DNA of 40,000 nucleotides from assembly GCF_030219325.1 (NCBI RefSeq), contig NZ_CP126625.1, positions 692,857 to 732,856 of the forward strand, written 5' to 3'. Below the pieces are notes generated by a model that worked only from the letters and a program-made list of their open reading frames with translations, had not been told where the DNA came from and did no database searches. This document shows, one piece after another, positions 33,350 to 40,000 of this stretch; within the stretch, counting starts at the first letter, position 1; every line of letters starts with the position of its first letter. Both the position numbers and the translations under genes were made by a program. This DNA is from Geothrix sp. GTDB taxonomy: Bacteria; Acidobacteriota; Holophagae; Holophagales; Holophagaceae.

Positions 33350-33530
33350 GGACACCTGCCTGGGAAGGGGCCCCCGCGGGGCCGCACAGGCGCCATTATT
33401 CCCCCAAGGGTGCCCATTGGGGGCCCAATCGCTGACCCCCCGGTTGGGTTTTGACGAAAGTCCCATTCTCGGGCCGATTTACGGGCGAACCGTCAAGGCC
33501 GGCCCCATCGGCGGGGCTTGGTCAGACCAC

Positions 33531-34262
33531 CTAGGCCTCGCCGAACTCCGGGTTCCGGTGGTCGGAGATCATGGCGGCGTTCATGAGCAGCTCGGTGAGG
33601 GGCAGGTCGATGCTGGGCTCCACGCGGCAGGTCTCCACGAACTCGATGTCGGGCTTGTCCCAGCAGAGGATCTCGTAGGCGGCGGGCAGGCCCTCGTCGG
33701 CGCGGTAGGCCGCGTGCACCACCTCGCCGAGCTTGAGGTAGAGCAGGCCCATGCCGGCCTCGGACTTCACGGTGAGGGTGCAGGACTTCTTCTCCCAGTT
33801 CAGCAGCTGCAGGATGCTGTTCAGGCCGATGCCCCGGACCATGCCGGCGGGCTCGAACTGGGCGGCGGCGCGGATGGCGTCCATGAGCAGGGTGAGGCGG
33901 GGCGGCTTGGTGAGGATGCGGATGGCGCCCAGCTGCAGGGGCGTGTTCAGGTGCTGGCTCTCGTCCAGGCCCGTCATCACGATGATGGGCACCTGGGGGT
34001 AGAAGCGGCTCACCTTGGCGATGAGGTTGAAGCCGTCCATGACGGGCATGTTCAGGTCGGTCACCAGGACGTGGACCGGCTCGTTGCGCAGCATGGCCAG
34101 GGCCTGGCCGCCGTTCTCCGCCATGATGATCTTGAAGCCCTGCAGGCCCTTCAGGCCGGCCCGGTAGAGGCTCAGGGTGGCGCGGTCATCCTCCACCACC
34201 AGCAGGGTCTTGGTGGGGACTTCCGGCATGGGCATGGGGCGGGGGCGGGTGGGTAGGCTCAT
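33531..34262 (-). CDS. Response regulator: receiver domain + DUF4388 domain
   Basis: TLLVVEDD...VLVTDLNMPVMDGF...PIIVMTG (REC), then LNSILQLLNWEKKSCTLTVKS....GLLYLKLGEVVHA...GLPAAYEILCW (DUF4388-like). Start uncertain. Confidence 0.7.
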   Translation of the reverse strand: MSLPTRPRPMPMPEVPTKTLLVVEDDRATLSLYRAGLKGLQGFKIIMAENGGQALAMLRNEPVHVLVTDLNMPVMDGFNLIAKVSRFYPQVPIIVMTGLDESQHLNTPLQLGAIRILTKPPRLTLLMDAIRAAAQFEPAGMVRGIGLNSILQLLNWEKKSCTLTVKSEAGMGLLYLKLGEVVHAAYRADEGLPAAYEILCWDKPDIEFVETCRVEPSIDLPLTELLMNAAMISDHRNPEFGEA

Positions 34263-34308
34263 GATGCGAGGTCTAGCATAACCCTGGGAAGGCCCGGGCC
34301 GGGCACCC

Positions 34309-35577
34309 TTAGCGGGCCTCGCCCTTGGGAATCTTGCGGGTCGGGGCCGGCTCCAGGGCCAGGATGGCCCGGGCCTCCGCGCCATCCTGGGGATTCCGGG
34401 CCTCCCAGTCCAGCACCCAGGGCGGCAGCTCGGCGTCCTCGTAGTCCCGCAGCTTCCGGTGCCAGCTCACCAGGGACTGGACCACGGCCTCGTGGATGTT
34501 CTCGGCCCTGGGCGGCAGGTGGCGGTCCCAGATGGGCTCGCGGAAGTACTTCCGCAGGGTGGCCTCGGCGGGCTTGCCCCACACGGCGTAGGTGCGGTCC
34601 GTGGGGCCGCCCACGGGCTTCACCTTGAGGTGCTCGCCGTAGAGGTAGTAGAACACCGCGTCGCCGTCGCTCCAGTGCCGCAATACGCCGAAGGCACCCT
34701 TCAGCAGCAGGTCCTGCAGGGCCAGGTCCAGGGGCTTGTCGGTGCGGAAGTCCCAGGGCCCCACGTGGGCGTGGGCCACGGAGGGGTAGCCCACCTCGGT
34801 GATCATCACGGGCTTCCCGAACCGGGCCGTGAGGGTGCGGGCCTTGTAGACGATCCACCACCAGGCGTCGCGGATCTGCTCGGGGGTGGGGTAGTCGTCG
34901 TACTTGGCGATGGGGTCGTAGGTGTTGATGCCGATCACGTCGAGGCAGTCGCCGAAGGTGAAGCTGTCGTGGCTGTCGAAGTTGACGCTGTAGACCAGCT
35001 TGCCCTTGAAGACTTGCCGCACCGCGGCGGCCAGGCGCCGCCACTGGTCGGGGAAGGGATGGGTGGAGGCCATCTCGGTGCCGAGGCTGTACCACTCCAC
35101 GCCACCCTCCTGGGCCAGCGCCGCCAGCCGCACGTTGAAGGCCGTGTAGTTCCGCCACCAGAGGTCCCAGTCGTCGGGCTTGATGTTGCCCCGCCACCAC
35201 TCGGCGTTCTCGGCCTCGTCCCGCATGTTGATCGTGGGGAAGAACATCATGCGCAGGCCGCGCACCCTGGCCTGGTGGAAGGTGCGGCGCAGGGCCGCCT
35301 CGGTGGGGCTGGAGGTGGGATGGCGGCGGATCTCCACGCTGTGGCCCGTGTCCATGCGGTAGATGGCCTGCAGGCTCACGCAGGTGGCCCCGGTGGCGGC
35401 GATGCGGTCCAGCTCCTCGGCATAGTCGTAGTCCGGCACGCCGGCGTAGAGGCCCAGGACGAAGCCCCGGGGTTGGGGCACCAGGGCCCGGCGCTGCGTG
35501 CGCCGCACGAAGTGCAGCGTGGCCGGCAGGGCGAGCAGGGCGATCAGGATGAGGGCGATTCGGATCTGACGGGGCAT
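34309..35577 (-). CDS. TIM-barrel glycoside-hydrolase-like protein (GH5/GH113-like), membrane-anchored
   Basis: N-terminal anchor IRIALILIALLALPA. Motifs EWYSLGTEM and VMITEVGYPS are consistent with acid/base and nucleophile Glu of clan GH-A. Start ATG 35577 with GGAG. Confidence 0.55.
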   Translation of the reverse strand: MPRQIRIALILIALLALPATLHFVRRTQRRALVPQPRGFVLGLYAGVPDYDYAEELDRIAATGATCVSLQAIYRMDTGHSVEIRRHPTSSPTEAALRRTFHQARVRGLRMMFFPTINMRDEAENAEWWRGNIKPDDWDLWWRNYTAFNVRLAALAQEGGVEWYSLGTEMASTHPFPDQWRRLAAAVRQVFKGKLVYSVNFDSHDSFTFGDCLDVIGINTYDPIAKYDDYPTPEQIRDAWWWIVYKARTLTARFGKPVMITEVGYPSVAHAHVGPWDFRTDKPLDLALQDLLLKGAFGVLRHWSDGDAVFYYLYGEHLKVKPVGGPTDRTYAVWGKPAEATLRKYFREPIWDRHLPPRAENIHEAVVQSLVSWHRKLRDYEDAELPPWVLDWEARNPQDGAEARAILALEPAPTRKIPKGEAR

Positions 35578-35595
35578 CGGGCAGGGCTCCAGGAT

Positions 35596-35683
35596 CCAGC
35601 CTAGCGGCTGAATCCTGGAGATAGGAACTGCTCCGCAGTTCCAAACGCTTTTCCTAGCTCGCAAACCGCAGGTTTGCGAGCAG
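35596..35683 (-). repeat. Intercistronic repeat element, copy 1
   Basis: CCAGCCTAGCGGC...GGAACTGCTCCGCAGTTCC...GCTTTTCCTAGCTCGCAAACCGCAGGTTTGCGAGCAG. Shares conserved flanks and two hairpins with 37363-37442. Confidence 0.6.
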
Positions 35684-35727
35684 ACCGGGCGATCGATCGG
35701 GCCGCCTCACCGGGTGGAGGATGGTTC

Positions 35728-37344
35728 TCAAAGCTCGCGAAGCCGGAAGGGCATCGTCAACCTGAACCGGGCGTAGACCGAGGTGCCGTTGAGCAGCGCC
35801 GGCATGAACCGCCAGCGCGAGGCGTACTCTTCCGCACAGCTCTTCAGCTGGGGCGGCCCCTCCACGGCATGCGTGCCATCGGGGACGCCATCCGGCCCCA
35901 CGACGATCTCCACCACCACCGTGCCCTGGATCTTGGCGATCTTCGCCAGGGGTGGGTAGGGGGGCGCCGGCGGCTGGTACCGGATCCTGATCTGGCTGAA
36001 ATCGAAATCGACGATCTTCGGGCGGCCGTCGGCCTGGTCCAGCCCATTCGCCATCCCTGCCGGCAGGGCCGGCATCCCCCCGGGGACTCCCCCGGGGGCA
36101 CGCTCATCCCGCCAGCCTGGCGCCCTGGTCTCGGGCAGCGGGGGGAGTGGCACCTGGGACCGCCAGGCCGCGGCCTTGGCGGGGTCCTTGGCCAGACCCA
36201 CCCCGTGGTCATGCATGAAGGCCAGGTGGAGCATGCAATCCGCGTCCTGCTGCTGGGCGCCCTTCTGGAACCAGGCCAGGGCTTCCTTGAGGTCGGCCTT
36301 CGTCCCCATCCCCCGTTCATAGGAGCGGCCAGCCAGGTAGCAGGCCGGGACGTGGCCCTGCCGGGCCGCCGCCAGGTACCACTTCATGGCCTCGGTCAGG
36401 TTCCGTCGCACCAGGCGCCCCTGTTCATAGATGGTTCCCAGGGCCACCTGGGCCTCGGGATCCCCGGCCTCGGCGGCCTCCTTCTTCTGCGAGAACGGGG
36501 CGGATGCGGGTCCGCCGGAGGGGCCTCCGACCACGCCACCGATGACCCCGCCAGGGGTTCCGGCGCTGGGCCGCCCGGCCTGGAGTTCGGATTCTCCCCG
36601 CCACTTCGCGATCAACGAAGGATCCTTCGGCTGGATCTCCCCGGAGGCCATGAGGCTCGACAGGCGCAGCAGGGCATCGGGTTCGTGCCCATCCGCCGCC
36701 TTCCGGAACCACGTCAGGGCCTGGACCGGATCCGCCTCCGTGCCCATCCCCTGCTCAAGGCAGGTGCCCAGCCTGAACATGGCCGTCGGCAATCCCTGAT
36801 CGGCTGCGGCGGTGTACCAGGTCAGGGCCTTCGAGTAGTCCGGGACGATGCCGCCCTTGGTGTACCAGTCGCCGAGGATGAGCTGGGAAGCCATGTCGCC
36901 GGCTTCCGCGGCCCGGGCGGTCAGGTTGTGCGATTCGGCGTCGTCCCGTTTCGTGCCCAGGCCCCTGGCGTATTTCAGGGCCAGGTAGCGCATGGACCGG
37001 ACATGCCCCTGGTCGGCGGCGAGTCGGAAGTAGCGTACCGACGATACCTGGTCGGCGGACACGCCATGCCCGTTGCCATAGAGCAGGCCCACCTCGCATT
37101 GCGCCTCGGCGTGCCCCTGGTCGGCGGCCTTCTTCAGCCACCGGAAGGCCTCCGGGTAGCTTTTGGGGAAGCAGATGGCGTCCTCATGCATCATGCCCAG
37201 GATGTACTGGGCCTGGGCCTGTCCCTGCTCCGCCAGCGTGGTGACGGCTTTGACGAAGGCATCGGCGCCGGGGATGGTGGCTGGCGGTTCGCCTGCAACC
37301 GCCATGCTGCAGGCGAGGATGGGAACGAGCAGGCGGATGGTCAT
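35728..37344 (-). CDS. Sel1-repeat protein with C-terminal TonB_C domain
   Basis: Signal peptide (MTIRLLVPILACSMAVAG). Multiple Sel1 repeats (A..W..KAA.QG...A...LG..Y..G.G). Pro-rich linker. C-terminal YPPLAKIAKIQGTVVVEIVVGPDGVP...RWRFMPA (TonB_C). Start ATG 37344 with GGAG. Confidence 0.7.
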   Translation of the reverse strand: MTIRLLVPILACSMAVAGEPPATIPGADAFVKAVTTLAEQGQAQAQYILGMMHEDAICFPKSYPEAFRWLKKAADQGHAEAQCEVGLLYGNGHGVSADQVSSVRYFRLAADQGHVRSMRYLALKYARGLGTKRDDAESHNLTARAAEAGDMASQLILGDWYTKGGIVPDYSKALTWYTAAADQGLPTAMFRLGTCLEQGMGTEADPVQALTWFRKAADGHEPDALLRLSSLMASGEIQPKDPSLIAKWRGESELQAGRPSAGTPGGVIGGVVGGPSGGPASAPFSQKKEAAEAGDPEAQVALGTIYEQGRLVRRNLTEAMKWYLAAARQGHVPACYLAGRSYERGMGTKADLKEALAWFQKGAQQQDADCMLHLAFMHDHGVGLAKDPAKAAAWRSQVPLPPLPETRAPGWRDERAPGGVPGGMPALPAGMANGLDQADGRPKIVDFDFSQIRIRYQPPAPPYPPLAKIAKIQGTVVVEIVVGPDGVPDGTHAVEGPPQLKSCAEEYASRWRFMPALLNGTSVYARFRLTMPFRLREL

Positions 37345-37362
37345 GGGCAGGCGCTCCAAGCT

Positions 37363-37442
37363 CCAGCCTAGCGGCAGGACGTCGGGAACGGCTTCGCGGT
37401 TCCATGCTTTTCCTAGCTCGCGGAGGGAAGCTCCGCGAGCAG
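37363..37442 (-). repeat. Intercistronic repeat element, copy 2
   Basis: CCAGCCTAGCGGC...GGAACGGCTTCGCGGTTCC...GCTTTTCCTAGCTCGCGGAGGGAAGCTCCGCGAGCAG. Confidence 0.6.
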
Positions 37443-37519
37443 GCCCGTGGCATAACCTCCTCGCCGGATCCTTGCTCCGCCGCCCTGCCCCGCAGGGCGC
37501 TCTGCGATCCGGCGGTCGG

Positions 37520-38767
37520 CTAGATCCGCTCCACCCGCACCTGCACGATGCGCGTGCCCTCCATCCGCAGCACGGTCAGGCGGGCGCCCTCGACCTCCAC
37601 GGACTCCTGGGGCCGGGGGACATGGCCCAGGCTGGCCATGACGAGGCCGGCCAGGGTGTCGAAGCCGTTGCGCTCCCAGGTGAAGCCCAGGGTCTCGGCC
37701 ACGTCCTCCACGTGGGAATGGCCCGCCACCAGCCACACGCCGGGGGCCTGCTCGAGCAGTCCGGCGGGGGCCTCATGCTCGTCCTGGATCTCGCCGAAGA
37801 CCTCCTCCAGCAGGTCCTCCATGGTGACCAGGCCCGACACGCCGCCGAACTCATCCACCACCAGGGCCAGCTGGGTGCGGGCCCGCTGGAGGTCGCGCAG
37901 CAGCTCGGCCACGGGCTTGCTCTCGGGCACGAAGTGGGCGGGCTTGAGCAGGGTGGCGAGGGGCGGCTTCGCCCCGTCCGCCAGCTGCATCAGGTCCTTG
38001 AGCAGCAGCACGCCGCGCACCTGCTCGATGCTGCCGTCGTACACGGGCAGGCGCGAGTGGCGGCTCTCGGTGAAGGCCGCCCAGGCCTCGCCGATGCTGG
38101 CCGTGAGGGGCAGGGCCACGATGCGCGTGCGGGGCGTCATCACCTCGCGCACCACGGTGTCGCCGAAGGTGACCACGTTGCGGATGAGCTCGCGGTCCTC
38201 GGCCTCGAGGATGCCCTCCGCCTCGCCCTCCTCCAGGAGGGCCGTGACGGCCTCCTCGGTGGTCTCCTCGTCATCGTCGTCCTTGGCCCGCTCCAGCGCG
38301 TGGCGGCGGTCGATCATCCGTGCCAGGGGGTTGACCAGGGGGCCGAGGAGGACCTGGGCCGGACCGTAGAGGGGGTAGAGCTGCACCAGCCAGAGGGCGG
38401 GATCGCGCGAGGCGAGCAGGGCCGGAAGGAGCAGGTCCAGCAGCCAGAGGCCCGCCAGGACCAGGAGTCCCAGGGTCCAGGCGCCGCCGGGCAGGGCCTG
38501 GTGGACCGGCCACAGCAGGGCCACCAGGACGAGAAGCAGCAGCTGGTTCCAGAACTCCAGGCCCATGCCCAGGCTCCGGGGTCGCTCCAGAAGCTCCGCC
38601 AGCCGCGGGTCGGTGATGGTCTCCTCTTCCAGGAGCCGGCGCCGCTGCAGGGAGGGCAGGGCGTGGAAGGCCGACAGCAGGATCGCCATGGCGCAGCGGT
38701 AGAGCCCCACCGCCAGGGCGGCGAAGAGGAACCAGGTTGGGGTGGCGCTGCCGCCGGATTCAGCCAT
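37520..38767 (-). CDS. Hemolysin-family CNNM/CorC transporter (DUF21 + CBS pair + CorC_HlyC)
   Basis: N-terminal TM domain. VREVMTPRTRIVAL..., SRLPVYDGSIEQVRGVLLLKDL (CBS). LALVVDEFGGVSGLVTMEDLLEEVFGEI, then a CorC_HlyC C-terminus. Confidence 0.85.
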   Translation of the reverse strand: MAESGGSATPTWFLFAALAVGLYRCAMAILLSAFHALPSLQRRRLLEEETITDPRLAELLERPRSLGMGLEFWNQLLLLVLVALLWPVHQALPGGAWTLGLLVLAGLWLLDLLLPALLASRDPALWLVQLYPLYGPAQVLLGPLVNPLARMIDRRHALERAKDDDDEETTEEAVTALLEEGEAEGILEAEDRELIRNVVTFGDTVVREVMTPRTRIVALPLTASIGEAWAAFTESRHSRLPVYDGSIEQVRGVLLLKDLMQLADGAKPPLATLLKPAHFVPESKPVAELLRDLQRARTQLALVVDEFGGVSGLVTMEDLLEEVFGEIQDEHEAPAGLLEQAPGVWLVAGHSHVEDVAETLGFTWERNGFDTLAGLVMASLGHVPRPQESVEVEGARLTVLRMEGTRIVQVRVERI

Positions 38768-38780
38768 TATCCAGAGGATT

Positions 38781-40000
38781 CTAGCGCGTTTCCCGGCGGG
38801 ACTCGATGAGGCGGGCGGCCTCGGCCCGGGCGCCTTCGCCGAGGTGCAGCTTCAGCCGCTCCGCCTCGCGGAAGTACTCCTGGGGATCGCGGCAGAGGCC
38901 GTCGGGTGTGGGTGGCAGGCCCTTGCGGACCCGGGCGGCGTTGAGGAAGCGGTAGGGCTCCTTGGCCAGCTCGGGGCTCTGGAGGAAGTGGCGGAAGGTC
39001 CACCAGCCGCCCAGCACGAACCACACGCCCAGCACGGCCACGGCCCGGTGCTGGAGGCGGCGCATGAGATCCGGCGTGTGCCGCACCTGCTGCCAGGCCA
39101 CGCCGGCCCAGAGGTTCAGGCCGATGATCAGGGCGGTCATCACCAGGGTGCCCGTCCAGCCCAGGCTGCCCCAGCCCCAGCCCGTGAGGCCGATGACCGC
39201 AGGCGCCAGCAGCACGCTGAAGATCATGTTGAGGTGAAGCATGTAGAGCAGCAGGGACTCGGCGCTGGCGGCCTTGATGGGGTTCGGCCCGCTCCACTTG
39301 GGCCGCACCAGCTCCACGGCACCCATGAGGGATCCGCCCAGCAGGATGAAGCCCAGGCGCCCGGCGACGCTGGGGAGCGTGGCGTTGGCGATGCCGCCCA
39401 GCTCGCTGTAGGTGAAGGCGCCGGAGCGGCTCTGCAGGAACCAGACGCCGTTCTGCTGGACCCACTGGCCGCCCCAGAGCCAGGCGTGCTGGGCGGAGGA
39501 GCCCCAGGCCAGGAGGGCCGCGCCGACGACGGCGAGGGCCACGAGAAAGCGGGGTTCGCTCCAGCGGGCCTTCCCATCGACGGGCTCCACGCGGAAGTGC
39601 CGGTAGAGGCCCCCCAGGAAGGCGCCGAAGGCCGGGAAGGCGATCCAGGGGAACAGCGGGAAGAGGGCCTGCACGCCGCGGTCGGGGTTGCCGTTGAAGA
39701 GGCCGCGGAGGGGCAGCCAGAGGCCGTCCGCCACGCCCGTGGCCCAGAGCGAGGGCGAGATCAGCGGCACGAAGATGGCGATGAGGAGCGCCAGGCCGGT
39801 GAAGAGGCGGGGGTTGCGCACCAGCCGCGCCAGGAGCTGCAGGATCAGCAGCGAGAAGACGATGCACTGCAGCACGTCGATCTTGAACAGCTCCCGGGCC
39901 TTCTGCGCGGTGTTGAGCACGGTCCAGTCGGCGGCCGTGATGCCCGGCGCGTGCAGGGCGTAGGCGCAGAGCAGGATGAAGCCCAGGCGCCGGGCGGTGT
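38781..40000 (-). CDS. DUF1624 (heparan-alpha-glucosaminide N-acetyltransferase-like) membrane protein; 5' end outside window
   Basis: Polytopic membrane protein. The ORF-track start at 39920 is a GTG, and the frame stays open to base 40000 (..ARRLGFILLCAYALHAPGITAADWTVLNTAQ..), so the gene is probably truncated by the window. Confidence 0.65.
   Translation of the reverse strand, partial: TARRLGFILLCAYALHAPGITAADWTVLNTAQKARELFKIDVLQCIVFSLLILQLLARLVRNPRLFTGLALLIAIFVPLISPSLWATGVADGLWLPLRGLFNGNPDRGVQALFPLFPWIAFPAFGAFLGGLYRHFRVEPVDGKARWSEPRFLVALAVVGAALLAWGSSAQHAWLWGGQWVQQNGVWFLQSRSGAFTYSELGGIANATLPSVAGRLGFILLGGSLMGAVELVRPKWSGPNPIKAASAESLLLYMLHLNMIFSVLLAPAVIGLTGWGWGSLGWTGTLVMTALIIGLNLWAGVAWQQVRHTPDLMRRLQHRAVAVLGVWFVLGGWWTFRHFLQSPELAKEPYRFLNAARVRKGLPPTPDGLCRDPQEYFREAERLKLHLGEGARAEAARLIESRRETR

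Noticed and set aside
33350-33530. Untranslated region of about 180 bp upstream of the DUF1015-serA-serC cluster as a possible riboswitch or leader
   Set aside because: No recognisable riboswitch core or terminator/antiterminator pair could be identified by eye. Only a weak hairpin follows the response-regulator stop.

Overview
High-GC bacterial chromosomal segment with Gram-negative-type gene content (TonB C-terminal domain, lipoproteins, Sel1 repeats). The host lineage cannot be named from sequence alone. The centre, about 8.45-22.45 kb, is visibly AT-richer and is a sedentary chromosomal integron. It has an intact integron-integrase gene (intI, 21435-22448, +) and an attI region with a GTTAGGG crossover core and three copies of an ATAGGCGAAC motif. 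A divergently oriented array of about 22 cassettes lies on the minus strand, delimited by 21 very uniform attC sites of about 124 bp (GCCTAAC...GTTAGGC) plus two attC scars. Cassette ORFs are mostly small ORFans, and 17 of 22 carry a signal peptide, lipobox or TM helices. The recognisable ones are a RidA/YjgF-family protein, a protein with a HEPN-type RNQIAH motif, and a DUF3828-like secreted protein. No resistance gene was recognised. The left flank holds glsA (partial), rlmF, an isochorismatase-family hydrolase, DinB, two SRPBCC proteins and DUF1801. The right flank holds an M48 peptidase, a zincin-like protein, tandem SHOCT-domain paralogues, a YihG-like acyltransferase, a 565-aa orphan, serC, a GxxExxY gene, serA, DUF1015, a REC-DUF4388 response regulator, a GH-like TIM-barrel protein, a Sel1/TonB_C fusion, a CNNM/CorC transporter and a DUF1624 acyltransferase (partial). 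Three other repeat families are present. One is a MITE-like element of about 297 bp (3 copies) whose terminal inverted repeats are built from ATGAACACCGAT units. One is an 80-88 bp intercistronic element (2 copies) with covarying hairpins. One is a 26-bp inverted repeat bracketing the GxxExxY gene between serC and serA. No rRNA, tRNA or CRISPR array was seen. All functional calls come from reading the translations against remembered family motifs; no database search was possible.
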